In this document: one piece after another, positions 18,872 through 29,273 of the stretch
How the letters are laid out: each line of letters starts with the position of its first letter
Position numbering within the stretch: the stretch's first letter is position 1
Assembly: GCA_028688415.1 (NCBI GenBank)
Contig: JAQTYF010000001.1
Span: forward strand, 780,020 to 844,019
Direction: 5' to 3'
Source: Candidatus Moraniibacteriota bacterium
GTDB lineage: Bacteria > Patescibacteriota > Minisyncoccia > Moranbacterales > UBA1568
DNA: 64,000 nt
The notes under the pieces: generated by a model
Seen by the model: only the letters and a program-made list of their open reading frames with translations
The model's database searches: none
Told to the model about the DNA's origin: nothing
Program-made: the position numbers and the translations under genes

Positions 18872-19727
18872 TGAAAAAATCGTTATAGGCACGATATACT
18901 TGTTCTGAAGCAGGAGTTTTCCACACTTTTCTATCAAACAAATTTTTCGCTCTTCGTATTCTAACATAAAGAGCTATGTGCGGTCGAAGGAAAAAAGGGG
19001 TGTGTTTCTGAAAAAAAATCAGTCCGGAAAGGACAAGGAAGTACACTTTTTGAGGATTTTCATTACTTTTCTCCCTATGATAGACTTTTGCTCCTGAAAC
19101 GACAAGGAGGTCAAAACCAGCTTCTCTTGCACGAAAAGAGTAGTCTACATCCTCATAGTAGAGAAAAAAACACTCGTCGAGAAATCCTATTTTTTCAATA
19201 AGCTCTTTTTTTATAAGGAGAGCGCAACCAGTAAGAAAGTTGCTTGTATATGTGTCTTTGTTTTGTTCTGTTAAAGAAGGTTTCGTATGTATGGCCCTCA
19301 TTCGGGAAAAAAGCACTCTTCCTTGAGCAAACCATATTTTCTTCTTTTCTTCTTCATAAACAACTGGGCTCAGTAAACCAGCATGGGAATGTTTTTCTCC
19401 AGCAGAAACAAGAAGAGAAAGTGCTTCTGAATCGATTTCTGCATCATAATTAAACAAGAGACAATATTCTGCTCCACAGGAAAGCGCCTCCTTTATACCG
19501 ACATTCATTCCTTTGGAAAAACCGAGATTTTCCTTATTTTCAATAAAAATACATTGTGGAAATTGTTGTTTTACTTGTCTAAAGGAGTGATCGGTAGAGT
19601 GATTATCCACCACAATAATTTCTTTGTTTGAATATGAAAGCTGATGAAGTGACCGCAAACATGAAGGAAGACAGTCTGCTCCATTGTAATTCAAAACAAT
19701 AATTGCCACTTTTGGCTCTATAGACAT
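18780..19727 (-). CDS. GT2 glycosyltransferase
   Basis: IVLNYNG, VVDNHSTD, NLGFSKGMN and FFLYYEDVD motifs. Confidence 0.9.
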   Translation of the reverse strand: MSIEPKVAIIVLNYNGADCLPSCLRSLHQLSYSNKEIIVVDNHSTDHSFRQVKQQFPQCIFIENKENLGFSKGMNVGIKEALSCGAEYCLLFNYDAEIDSEALSLLVSAGEKHSHAGLLSPVVYEEEKKKIWFAQGRVLFSRMRAIHTKPSLTEQNKDTYTSNFLTGCALLIKKELIEKIGFLDECFFLYYEDVDYSFRAREAGFDLLVVSGAKVYHREKSNENPQKVYFLVLSGLIFFQKHTPFFLRPHIALYVRIRRAKNLFDRKVWKTPASEQVYRAYNDFFNEYPTAYFSYLRQLSERLLSKIRSGKHLFF

Positions 19728-19790
19728 ATTTTTCAACAATATACACGATTTTTTGTCAAAAAAGTATTGATGTGAACACTTTTTCTTTAT

Positions 19791-21257
19791 CTACAAGGTT
19801 ATTGTTTCTCCTTTTTCGATAGACGAAAAGTCATTTTTCTCTCCTTTTTGAAAAAGATTCATCACTTCTTTAGCTGTGATGGCTCGAGTAAGCCAAAGCA
19901 TAATAAGATACGTAGCTACTCCTGAAAAACCAGCCAGGAAAAATGAATATGGGGAAAGAAAAAGAAGAATGAAAGACATACTCATTCCTGACAGAAGAAT
20001 TTTTCCGATATTCTCAAAGGAAGGGCGATACTGAACATGTTTGTATACAAGAAAACTTGTCACCAGAACAACAAGCATTTCTGTGGCTAGCGAAGAGAAA
20101 GCTGCTCCGTGATAGGAAAAGCGAGGAATAAGAAAGAAATTCAGACAGATATTGAAAAGAGCGACAAAAAAGAGTGTTTGCATAAGTTTTTTTTGAGCAT
20201 TCCCAACGATAAGCAACATATTGAAAAAGTTTCCGAAAAAGATACAGGCAAGAGAAAAAATCAATATTCGAAGTACTGGTGCCGACTCCATAAAACCCTC
20301 TCCAGAAACAATGCGAATGATATCATCTGAAAGAAACCACGTACCCACAACAATAGGAACAACGATAATGAAAAAAACTTTGAAAGTTTTATTCGCTATT
20401 TCCTCAAAATGCTTTCTCTTGGTGTAAATAAATCGCGAAAGAAGGGGAAGAATAAGGCCAACAAGCATCGCAGGAAAGAAAATAAGATTTTCCATCACCT
20501 TGTAAGCAACATTGTAAATACCTACATCGGCATTACTCTGAAGTAAAGAAAGAAGTATGGTGTCTATTTTGAAATACGTGAAGGTAATGATGGCAGTTGC
20601 TCCCATCGGCAACGACTCGCGTAGAAAATTCTTCCAAAACACGACATCAATCTTCGGAGAAAATCGAATAAACCTCCGGCTCAGGAGAAAAACAATAATA
20701 GCATTAAAAGAAAGTGATGCGAGAAGTGTCGATGTGACAGCTAAAAAGCCGAGATCTGCCTGAACAACAAAGAAAACGAGGCTTACCTGAAAAACTTTGC
20801 CAAGAAACTCGATAAGAGCAACTTTATCCATAGCGAGACGCTTCTGGAAGATGCCATTCATGAAAAGTGACGTAGTAGAAAAGAGAATTGCTCCTGCTGC
20901 AATCAAAATCCCTGTTTTCAAATCATTTTCATACTGCAAGAAAACAATTAAAAGAGGCGCGAGAAGGAAAACAGTCAAAGAAGTGGTTAATCGCAGAGAA
21001 AGCACCTTACTTAAAATGTTTTTTTCATCAGCCCCTTCTCTTGAAATCTCACGCGCAGTCACGGAGCTCAGGCCTAGGTCTGCAATGGCGGAAAAAAACG
21101 CAAAAAAGGCCAACACTGTGGAATATTTACCAAATCCATCTTGTCCAAGGTATCCCGTAATCAAACGAATTGAATACAGAGAAAGAGCCACTGTGGAAAA
21201 TACCTTCAAGAAAGAATTGAGAACGACATTATAGGCGATTTTTCGCGCAAGAGCCAT
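19791..21257 (-). CDS. Wzx/MOP polysaccharide flippase
   Basis: Many TM helices; YLGQDGFGKY and DTILLS...VGIYNVAY motifs. Confidence 0.88.
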   Translation of the reverse strand: MALARKIAYNVVLNSFLKVFSTVALSLYSIRLITGYLGQDGFGKYSTVLAFFAFFSAIADLGLSSVTAREISREGADEKNILSKVLSLRLTTSLTVFLLAPLLIVFLQYENDLKTGILIAAGAILFSTTSLFMNGIFQKRLAMDKVALIEFLGKVFQVSLVFFVVQADLGFLAVTSTLLASLSFNAIIVFLLSRRFIRFSPKIDVVFWKNFLRESLPMGATAIITFTYFKIDTILLSLLQSNADVGIYNVAYKVMENLIFFPAMLVGLILPLLSRFIYTKRKHFEEIANKTFKVFFIIVVPIVVGTWFLSDDIIRIVSGEGFMESAPVLRILIFSLACIFFGNFFNMLLIVGNAQKKLMQTLFFVALFNICLNFFLIPRFSYHGAAFSSLATEMLVVLVTSFLVYKHVQYRPSFENIGKILLSGMSMSFILLFLSPYSFFLAGFSGVATYLIMLWLTRAITAKEVMNLFQKGEKNDFSSIEKGETITL

Positions 21258-21292
21258 TGTATTCTTTTTAATTGTAGAAAAAAACAAAAAAT

Positions 21293-21769
21293 CTACTTTC
21301 CTTCTTTTTTTGGATGAATCACTACTTTACGTGCTTCTCCTGTTCCAACACTCTCTGTTATTACTTCATCGTTGTCTGCGAAAAAAGAGTGCACTATTTT
21401 ACGTTCATACGGAAGCATTGGACGCAAAGTAACCGATATATTGGTATTTAGAGCTTCTTCCTCCGCTTTCTTTGCTTCTTTCTCGAGCAATGCTTTTTTT
21501 TCAAGAAAATAATCATTCACATCCACAATAATCTGAATTTTTTCTGTTATTTTCTTACGGAGAAGAATGCGTAAAATATGTTGAATAGCGGTCAGATTTG
21601 TACCATATTGACCAATAAGAAAGTTTTGATCTTTCTCAACAGTTAAACGACAAAAAAAACTCTTTGAATCGGTTTCTTGTTCCGAAACCTCAATTTTTGC
21701 TTCAAAATCAAGCTTTTTGAGCAATTCTTCCAGGAGTTCTTCAATAATTTGTTGATAGGTTTTTTCCAT
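21293..21769 (-). CDS. jag: Jag/EloR (KhpB) KH-R3H RNA-binding protein
   Basis: LIGQYG, ERKIVH and TESVGTG motifs; follows yidC. Confidence 0.88.
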   Translation of the reverse strand: MEKTYQQIIEELLEELLKKLDFEAKIEVSEQETDSKSFFCRLTVEKDQNFLIGQYGTNLTAIQHILRILLRKKITEKIQIIVDVNDYFLEKKALLEKEAKKAEEEALNTNISVTLRPMLPYERKIVHSFFADNDEVITESVGTGEARKVVIHPKKEGK

Positions 21770-21772
21770 ACA

Positions 21773-22504
21773 CTATTTTTCTTCTTTTACTTTCAATAAA
21801 ACCTTTTGTTGAAATAACATAAAAAGAGTCGAGAAGAGCCAGTAAAGGGAGAGGGCCGCAGGAAAGGTTACTCCGATAAAGAAAGTCATTCCAGGACCCA
21901 GATAGAGCATCTGCTTATTCATTATACTCGCAAAATCTGGTTCTGACGAAGAAGACTCTTCTTTGGGCGGTAAGAGAGGGGACTGCAATAACATTTTTGT
22001 CTGGAAATATTGAGCTAAAGCAGAAAGAATAGCGAGTATATAGCTTGGTTTAGTGAGATCGAGTATATGGAGAGAGAGATGATTGATTTCTCCTGGATTT
22101 TGTATAAAACGATAGAGATCGGTCGGATTCACAACAAAACCGCTCTGTGAAATATTGATAATCACTCGATAAATAGCAATAAGAAAGACGAGCTGAATAA
22201 TAAGAGGTAAACAACCAGAAAAAGGGTTGGCATTATTTTCCTTATAAAAAGCCATAAGTGCCTTTGTTTGTTGTTCTTTGTTGTTTTTGTATTTTTGTTG
22301 AATGGCCTTGATTTTCGGTTGCAATTCCTGCATCTTTCGTTGAGATTCGATTTGCTTCTTAGAAAGCGGTATAAGAAACGATTTCAGCGCGAGGGTCGTC
22401 AAAATAATAGCGATGCCAAAGTCATGGCCTGGAATGACATTATAAAAGAAAATAAGGGTATTGTAGAGCGGTTGATAGATAGAAATGTCAAAAATATGCA
22501 TCAT
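21773..22504 (-). CDS. yidC: Membrane protein insertase YidC
   Basis: MQELQPKIKAIQQKYK, NPFSGCLP and ALSLYW motifs. Confidence 0.95.
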   Translation of the reverse strand: MMHIFDISIYQPLYNTLIFFYNVIPGHDFGIAIILTTLALKSFLIPLSKKQIESQRKMQELQPKIKAIQQKYKNNKEQQTKALMAFYKENNANPFSGCLPLIIQLVFLIAIYRVIINISQSGFVVNPTDLYRFIQNPGEINHLSLHILDLTKPSYILAILSALAQYFQTKMLLQSPLLPPKEESSSSEPDFASIMNKQMLYLGPGMTFFIGVTFPAALSLYWLFSTLFMLFQQKVLLKVKEEK

Positions 22505-22523
22505 ACTCTTTTTTTATTTAATA

Positions 22524-22859
22524 CTATTTATTCAGTATCTGAAAAAGATCTTCTATTCTCTTTTTTATCTCTATAAATGGCCTTTCTTTGGACTGTTTTT
22601 GAGTGAGAAAAAACACAACATCTCCTTCTTTAGGCCATTTTTCCTTATAAGAATACACTGCTTCAGACAATCTTCTCCTTAATCTATTTCGGTCCACGGC
22701 AAGTGGGAGGTATTTCTTACTCAAAGAAAATCCGATATGAAAAGATGGAGTATCTTTTTTATAACGACAGCCTATTCCTTCAAAAAAAAGAGTCTTACCG
22801 AAGCGAAAGACTCTTTCAAAATCCTCTTTTTTTCGCAAACAAAAACCTTTTTTCAACAT
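22524..22859 (-). CDS. rnpA: Ribonuclease P protein component
   Basis: LRKKEDF and AVDRNRLRRRL (RNR motif); synteny with rpmH and yidC. Confidence 0.9.
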   Translation of the reverse strand: MLKKGFCLRKKEDFERVFRFGKTLFFEGIGCRYKKDTPSFHIGFSLSKKYLPLAVDRNRLRRRLSEAVYSYKEKWPKEGDVVFFLTQKQSKERPFIEIKKRIEDLFQILNK

Positions 22860-22862
22860 ACT

Positions 22863-23003
22863 TTATGCTACAGTCAGTTTCTTGCGACCGTCTCTACGAC
22901 GGTTAGCGACAACTTTTCTTCCTCCGACGGTATTCATTCTTTCGAGAAAACCGTGCCGACGAGCACGCTTGAGTGTTTTTGGTTGATATGTTCTCTTTGG
23001 CAT
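22863..23003 (-). CDS. rpmH: 50S ribosomal protein L34 (not in ORF track)
   Basis: Manual translation [46 protein letters not shown]. Confidence 0.95.
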   Translation of the reverse strand: MPKRTYQPKTLKRARRHGFLERMNTVGGRKVVANRRRDGRKKLTVA

Positions 23004-23161
23004 ATAATAAACATTACATCTTAGTCAATTGGATATTTTTCTATTGTACCAGAAAAAGAAAGGAAGTCAATCTCCAAGCCACTTTTTCTCTTTTTTTTCT
23101 CTCTTTCTCTTTATTCGTCTTTTTATATAAAAAATATCCTCTCTAGAGAGATTTTTCAGAG

Positions 23162-23181
23162 TTATACACCACTTATCCACT
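23162..23181. promoter_or_regulatory. DnaA boxes upstream of dnaA
   Basis: TTATACACC and TTATCCACT, near-consensus to TTATNCACA. Confidence 0.6.
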
Positions 23182-23269
23182 CTTTCTTTTTTCCCCCTCT
23201 TTGCCTCTTGTTCTAAGCGTGATATACTTTAATTCATTCTTTTTATCCCTAGTTAGGTGGTTTTGATTT

Positions 23270-24685
23270 ATGACAAACGAGGATCTCTGGAAAGCTGTTT
23301 TAGGGCAAATGGAACTTTCTATTTCAAAAGCAAATTTCATTACCTGGTTCAAAAACACGAATATTGTCAGTAATCAAGACGGTATTATTACTATTGGCGT
23401 TCCAAATGGTTTTGCAAAGGAATGGCTTGAGAATAAATACAATCTCTTTATTTTACGTGCACTTAAAGAACTAAGTGGTGATATACAGAGTATTCGTTGT
23501 ATTATTGCTCCTGAAAAAATAATTTCTTCTGTTAATTATTCAACTCCTCAAAAAAATATTGATGCTGTTCGAGCTCCGGAAAATACTGGCTTTGTACGAA
23601 AAAAGATTATAGAAAAACCTTTTTTTACAGAGACGGGTAGTTCTACACCTACTTTTCATGAAACAAATCTCAATAATCGCTATACCTTTGAAAATTTTAT
23701 TGTTGCGGAAAACAACGAGCTTGCTCGAGCGGCTTGTTTTGCTGTTTCACAAAACCTTGGTATGGCCTACAATCCTCTTTTTATTTATGGTGGTGTTGGG
23801 CTCGGAAAAACACATCTTCTCCAATCAATCGGCAATGAACTCGTGAAAAATTCTCCAGAAAAGAGGATTAAATACATCAATTCTGAACGATTTACAACAG
23901 AACTTGTTGATTCAATTAAAAATCAAAAGGTTGATAAATTTAAAGAATATTATCAACAGATGGATCTTCTTATTATTGATGATGTTCAATTTCTCTCAGG
24001 AAGAGAAAAAACACAGAATGAATTCTTTCATATTTTTAATGCCCTCTATCAACTTAATAAACAAATTGTTATCTCAAGCGATCGCCCTCCAAAGGCCATT
24101 CCTACGCTCGAAGAACGGTTAAGGTCTCGTTTTGAAGGAGGAATGATCACTGATATCAGTCGTCCAAACTTCGAAACACGCGTTGCTATTCTAGAATCAA
24201 AAATTGCTGAGAAGTCTTTTCTTATGGATACTCCTTCTATTCATTTTATTGCACAAAATATCACTCAAAATATTCGCGAACTTGAAGGCGCTTTAAACAG
24301 AGTTATTGCTTTTTGTGAGTTTCACAAACTTTCTCCAACACTTGAAAATACAGAAAAGATCCTTTCTCAACTTATAGAAAATAATAAAAAAACTATCCAA
24401 ATAGAGGATATCTTCCGTGTTATTACTCTTTTTTATAATATTACTCAAGAAGATCTTGTAAAAAAAGGACGTAAAAAAGAAATAGCTCATCCTCGGCAAG
24501 TCATGATGTATATGTTACGAACAGAACTTCAAACTCCTTTTTCAAGTATTGGAGATATTTTTGGAGGAAGAGATCATACAACAGCCCTTCATGCATTTGA
24601 AAAGATACAAAAAAACAAAGACCTTCACCCACGACTGAAAGAAGAGTTACAAACACTTAAAGAGCGTCTCTATTACCCGGTATAA
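23270..24685 (+). CDS. dnaA: Chromosomal replication initiator DnaA
   Basis: YNPLFIYGGVGLGKTHLL, LLIIDDVQF, RLRSRF, NIRELEGAL and GGRDHTT motifs. Confidence 0.98.
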   Translation: MTNEDLWKAVLGQMELSISKANFITWFKNTNIVSNQDGIITIGVPNGFAKEWLENKYNLFILRALKELSGDIQSIRCIIAPEKIISSVNYSTPQKNIDAVRAPENTGFVRKKIIEKPFFTETGSSTPTFHETNLNNRYTFENFIVAENNELARAACFAVSQNLGMAYNPLFIYGGVGLGKTHLLQSIGNELVKNSPEKRIKYINSERFTTELVDSIKNQKVDKFKEYYQQMDLLIIDDVQFLSGREKTQNEFFHIFNALYQLNKQIVISSDRPPKAIPTLEERLRSRFEGGMITDISRPNFETRVAILESKIAEKSFLMDTPSIHFIAQNITQNIRELEGALNRVIAFCEFHKLSPTLENTEKILSQLIENNKKTIQIEDIFRVITLFYNITQEDLVKKGRKKEIAHPRQVMMYMLRTELQTPFSSIGDIFGGRDHTTALHAFEKIQKNKDLHPRLKEELQTLKERLYYPV

Positions 24686-24948
24686 TGTATAAGTGTGTAT
24701 AAGTACCTAAAAATGGTGTAAAGTTGTTGTATAACATTTCAGTTGTTGTGGATAAAAAGAAGTTGTTTTTCTTTTTTCTCTCTTTCTTTAAAAAATAATA
24801 TACTTTCCATCTTCATTCTCTTTTTCCACTCTCCTTAAAAAGATTGTAAAGAAAGCATAAAACAAAGTTATCCAGATATCCACACCACTAATAGTAATAA
24901 TGAAGTCTTTAAAATTTAAAAAATAATAACCATTAATACACTCTCTTT
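24686..24948. other. Probable oriC (dnaA-dnaN intergenic)
   Basis: TGTGTATAA (24694), TGTGGATAA (24747), TTATCCAGA/ATATCCACA (24868-24884), then a TAA-TAG-TAA-TAA trio-like run and an AT-rich tract. Confidence 0.8.
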
Positions 24949-26103
24949 ATGAAACTCATTTGTACACAAGAAAACCTCAATAGAATAATTTCTTATTTAG
25001 AGAAAGTAGCTGGAAAACAGTCAACACTTCCAATTTTAAGTAATTTTCTTCTTGAAACAGAAAATGGCAGATTGAAAATATCTGCAACAAATCTCGAAAT
25101 CGGTATTATAGGATATATTGGAGCAAAAATAGAAAAAGAAGGGAAAATAGCAATACCAGCAAAATTACTGAGTAACTTTATTCATAATCTTCCTCTTGGA
25201 GATGTGCTTGAATTAGAAAGCGATACTGAAGGGTTGAAAATAATCAGTACAGCTTATCAGACGAAAATAAAAGGGTTAGATGGAAAAGATTTTCCTATTA
25301 TTCCTGAATATAAGGAAGAATATTTTTTCTCGTTTCCAGCTCAAGAATTAAAAAGAGCTCTTTCTCGACTTCTCTTTTGTATTAGTGTAAATAATGCACG
25401 TTTAGAGCTCACTGGTGTGCATATTTTCTTTTATAAAGACCATATAGAATTAGCTTCTACAGATAGTTTTCGTCTCGCAGAAGAAACTATTCCTCTTGTG
25501 GTCCAAGGAAGTGAATATGATGCATTTCTTACAAACAATCAATCGCTTATCATTCCAGGAAATACCCTTCATGAAATTATTCATATTATTACCCCAGAAA
25601 GTAAAGATGTAAAAATTGCTCTCAAAGAAAATCAAATATTTTTTGAAATAGATGGCGTTCAAATTATATCAAGGATTATTAATGGTAAATATCCAGATTA
25701 TAAGCAGATTATTCCAAAAAATTTCCAATTTCAAGCTGTTTTTGAAAAAGAATCACTACAAAGAGCATTGAAAATAGCAAGTAGTTTTTCTTCCTATAAT
25801 TCAAGTGAAATTACTCTTCATCTTCAATCAAAAGAGAAACAATGTGTTGTTTCATCAGAATCTCAAGAAATAGGTACAAATAAAGCTATTCTTCCTATAG
25901 AGATAATAAAAGATAATATTGAACCACTCACCATTATCTTTAATCCACGATATCTTTTAGAGGGAATAAGTGCTCTTGGAAGTGAAAAAATTCTTTTCTC
26001 TGCAAATGATAAATCAACACCAGTAGAATTAAGAATCTCAGATACAAAAAATACCCTTCTTACAGAAAATTATCTCTATATTGTAATGCCTATTCGTAAA
26101 TAG
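24949..26103 (+). CDS. dnaN: DNA polymerase III beta clamp
   Basis: LPILSNF, ATNLE, STDSFRL, GKYPDYKQIIP and YIVMPIR motifs. Confidence 0.97.
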   Translation: MKLICTQENLNRIISYLEKVAGKQSTLPILSNFLLETENGRLKISATNLEIGIIGYIGAKIEKEGKIAIPAKLLSNFIHNLPLGDVLELESDTEGLKIISTAYQTKIKGLDGKDFPIIPEYKEEYFFSFPAQELKRALSRLLFCISVNNARLELTGVHIFFYKDHIELASTDSFRLAEETIPLVVQGSEYDAFLTNNQSLIIPGNTLHEIIHIITPESKDVKIALKENQIFFEIDGVQIISRIINGKYPDYKQIIPKNFQFQAVFEKESLQRALKIASSFSSYNSSEITLHLQSKEKQCVVSSESQEIGTNKAILPIEIIKDNIEPLTIIFNPRYLLEGISALGSEKILFSANDKSTPVELRISDTKNTLLTENYLYIVMPIRK

Positions 26104-26127
26104 AAGACCCTTCTTACAAAGCATATT

Positions 26128-26421
26128 ATGAGAAATCTTAAAGATCTTCTTCCAAGAAAACGCTCTTCTTCTGTTGTTGTGGAAATAGATGAAAAAACAA
26201 TTTTTCATATTGCAAAACGTATTTTAATTGAAGAATATGGCGTTCGTGGTGGAGAAAATATTATACCGAGTTTTTATAAAGAAAAAAAACTCTTTCTTTC
26301 TCCACGAAGTTCTTTGTGGGCAAATGAGGTTTATCTTATGAAAGAACATATTACTCGGAGAATCAATGAAATGTCGGGTAATGAAGTAGTAAAAGAGATA
26401 AAAATTACACAACAAATATAA
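26128..26421 (+). CDS. dciA: DciA/DUF721 family protein
   Basis: Size, position after dnaN and SSLWANEV...VVKEIKI pattern. Confidence 0.6.
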   Translation: MRNLKDLLPRKRSSSVVVEIDEKTIFHIAKRILIEEYGVRGGENIIPSFYKEKKLFLSPRSSLWANEVYLMKEHITRRINEMSGNEVVKEIKITQQI

Positions 26422-26499
26422 GTGCTGTCACGGCGCTTGAAACTCCATTACTCACCCCAAATAAAAGTAAATCTTTATTTTTTGGGCTCACGAGGAATT

Positions 26500-26530
26500 A
26501 TAAAAACCCTCTACAGTAGAGGGTTTTTAT
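26500..26530. terminator. Bidirectional terminator
   Basis: ATAAAAACCCTCTAC-A-GTAGAGGGTTTTTAT between convergent genes. Confidence 0.75.
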
Positions 26531-26554
26531 GTGAAAAAAGAAAAGAGGTTGTTT

Positions 26555-29125
26555 TTAGAAGCTGACACTCATATTTTTACTATCAGTATCAGTGTTGCCA
26601 TTTTTATCCTTTACTTCAACACTAATAGTAATAGTAGAAGCATTTTTATCAAGAGGAATGGTGTATCCTACTGTATAAGGATCAGAAGCAGTAGATCCTA
26701 CAGAAGATCCATTTATAGAGTAGGTGACAGATTCTACTCCATAAGGAGCATCAATAGAGGCTGTAAGAGAGAGCGATGCTGATGTTGTGGTATCTGGGGT
26801 GGAAAGTTTGACATCTACCCTATATTTTTTGAAATCACTTTCTTTACATTCATCTGTTGGTGGAGCGCCAAGAATAGATCCTTTTTGGTCTTTATACCAA
26901 TCTTTCACACTTTTCTCCCAATTTTTAAATTGAGAATCATTTTCAGGTTTTTCAGGAATTGGTCCACGAGGATCTTCTCTGTCAACATAAAAGAGAATAT
27001 CATGGGTACTTGTAAAATCTTTTTTATCTTGTTCGCTTTCTGGACAATATTTATTTGAAAGACAATACGTCTTTTTTTCTCCCGGAATAGAACAAACCTT
27101 CAAATCCTTTTCTTTTTCAATTTTTCCTGAAAGCATTGGTTTGTTTGTTTTTCCTTCTCCGTCACCAATTTCATCATCAGGAGTATATTTAGGAAAACTT
27201 TCTAGAGCATAATTTACCAAAGCTTTATCAAGAAAGTATCGCCAAATAGGAGCTGCGACATTCACACCGTCAGACCCCTCAAGCATTGAGCTATTATCAT
27301 TATTTCCTGCCCATACACCAACAGCAAGTGAGGGGGTATACCCAATCGTCCATCCATCGCGAAATTCGTTTGTAGTACCTGTTTTAGCAGCAACCGAACG
27401 AATATCAAATTGAAGGGGTGATTTTGCGCCAAAAACCCATTCCCGATTATTATTATTAGAAAGAACGGAATCGAGCATGGCCACATATTTTTCTTCGATA
27501 ACACGCTCTCCTGTATCAGGAGTATATTCTTCAATTTTTTGTCCTTTAGCATCTTCAATTCGCAAAATAGCGACCTTGTTGTGTCGGATACCTCCTGTTG
27601 CAAGAGTACTATAGGCATTTACATGGTCTAGGAGACGAACCTCTCCTCCTCCTAATACAAGAGATAGGCCGAGTTTCGAGGGATCATTGAGCCCTGTAAT
27701 GCCGAGGTTTTTTGCGGTGGCAATAGCATTCTTCACGCCGACGAGATAGAGTGTTTTGACAGCAGGAACGTTGAGCGATCCCCCGAGAGCTTTCATTATT
27801 GGAAGCGGACCATGAAATTTCCCATCATAATTGTTTGGTTCATAACTTTTTCCTTCAGCTGTTTCAAACTGTGTCTTTGTATCATAAAGAATAGTCTCAG
27901 GAAGATAGCCTTTTTCAAATGCCGCGAGATAAACATAGGGCTTAAAAGAAGAGCCAGGTTGTCGATTTGCAATAGCGACATTGAAATTTGGTTCAAAAGT
28001 ACAGTTCTTTCCTGTGATACACCCTGCCGGCTCTGATGTACCAAAATAATCTTTCGAGCCTACCATAGCGAGAATCTGACCAGTAAGCGGATCCATGGCC
28101 ACAAGAGCAGCATTTGCAGCTTTCCATTTTTTATTTTTTTCTGCAGATTCACGGATAGCCTCCTCAGCAATTTGTTGTTTTTCCCAATCGAGAGTTGTAA
28201 TAACCTTATATCCACCCTGTTCGACTGCCTTATCTCCGTATTTTTGCTGGAGAATATCTTTTATATACATCACAAAATGAGGAGCAGCGAGAATATTTCT
28301 CTGATTTTTAATCTTGCTCAACGTATTTGTTTCTATTGCCTCAGTAGCTTGTTCTTGGGTGATATAGCCAAGTCGCGCCATTGTCTTGAGAGCAAAAATT
28401 TTTCGTCCTATAAGTGCATCCGTATGAGAGCCGTAAGGCGAATAATATGCCGTAGCCTGAGGAAGTGACGCCACGAGAGCGGCTTCGTCGAGAGTCAGTT
28501 CTCGAGCAGGTTTTCCGAAAAATGTCTGAGATGCTGATTCAACACCATAAGCGTTGGACCCATAAGGTATTTCATTGAGATAGAGAGCGAGAATTTCGTC
28601 TTTAGAAAACTTTGTTTCGAGTTCGATAGAAAGAATAACCTCTTTAATTTTTCTTAAGAGCGTCTTTTCATTTGTCAGAAGGGAGTTTTTAACGAACTGT
28701 TGTGTAATAGTTGATCCTCCCTGAGCTTTTCCGAGATTGATGATATCTTTAAAAAGAGAACGAAAAATAGAAGTAATTTTTATACCATGATGATTATAAA
28801 AGTCTTGATCCTCGAGGCTAATAGTAGCGTATTTGATGACATCAGGCATGTCAGCAAAGTCAATAACGGTTCGTTTTTCTTCTCCATGGACATCATAGAG
28901 GAGATGCTCACCACTTCGATCATAGATTTTGGTTGATTCAATAACGACACGGTTATTGATAATGCCAGTACTTGGGAGATCTTTAGCGATATAAACAAAC
29001 CCACCAAGAGCAATCAGTACACCGAGTATAGAGAAAAAAAGCACACCTTTCCACAAAAAAGACCAGAACCTTGTTTTTGGCTTTTCTATGCCCGATATTT
29101 GTCTTCTTTTTCGAAAAAAAGTCAT
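26555..29125 (-). CDS. Class A penicillin-binding protein with C-terminal Ig-like domain
   Basis: EDQDFY, GGSTITQQ, RKIKE, YLNEIPYG, GSSFKP, SLN and KTGTTN motifs. Confidence 0.93.
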   Translation of the reverse strand: MTFFRKRRQISGIEKPKTRFWSFLWKGVLFFSILGVLIALGGFVYIAKDLPSTGIINNRVVIESTKIYDRSGEHLLYDVHGEEKRTVIDFADMPDVIKYATISLEDQDFYNHHGIKITSIFRSLFKDIINLGKAQGGSTITQQFVKNSLLTNEKTLLRKIKEVILSIELETKFSKDEILALYLNEIPYGSNAYGVESASQTFFGKPARELTLDEAALVASLPQATAYYSPYGSHTDALIGRKIFALKTMARLGYITQEQATEAIETNTLSKIKNQRNILAAPHFVMYIKDILQQKYGDKAVEQGGYKVITTLDWEKQQIAEEAIRESAEKNKKWKAANAALVAMDPLTGQILAMVGSKDYFGTSEPAGCITGKNCTFEPNFNVAIANRQPGSSFKPYVYLAAFEKGYLPETILYDTKTQFETAEGKSYEPNNYDGKFHGPLPIMKALGGSLNVPAVKTLYLVGVKNAIATAKNLGITGLNDPSKLGLSLVLGGGEVRLLDHVNAYSTLATGGIRHNKVAILRIEDAKGQKIEEYTPDTGERVIEEKYVAMLDSVLSNNNNREWVFGAKSPLQFDIRSVAAKTGTTNEFRDGWTIGYTPSLAVGVWAGNNDNSSMLEGSDGVNVAAPIWRYFLDKALVNYALESFPKYTPDDEIGDGEGKTNKPMLSGKIEKEKDLKVCSIPGEKKTYCLSNKYCPESEQDKKDFTSTHDILFYVDREDPRGPIPEKPENDSQFKNWEKSVKDWYKDQKGSILGAPPTDECKESDFKKYRVDVKLSTPDTTTSASLSLTASIDAPYGVESVTYSINGSSVGSTASDPYTVGYTIPLDKNASTITISVEVKDKNGNTDTDSKNMSVSF

Positions 29126-29273
29126 AGAGTAGATATGGGAGATATCTCTATTGTATAGCATAAAACAGATGAAAAGACAAGGAGTGGATTTGATTTGAAA
29201 ATTTGATTTTTTTGCTACAGAAGGTATATTTTGATAGTATTGCAAATAGAGAATCAATTATTTTTTTAGAGAG

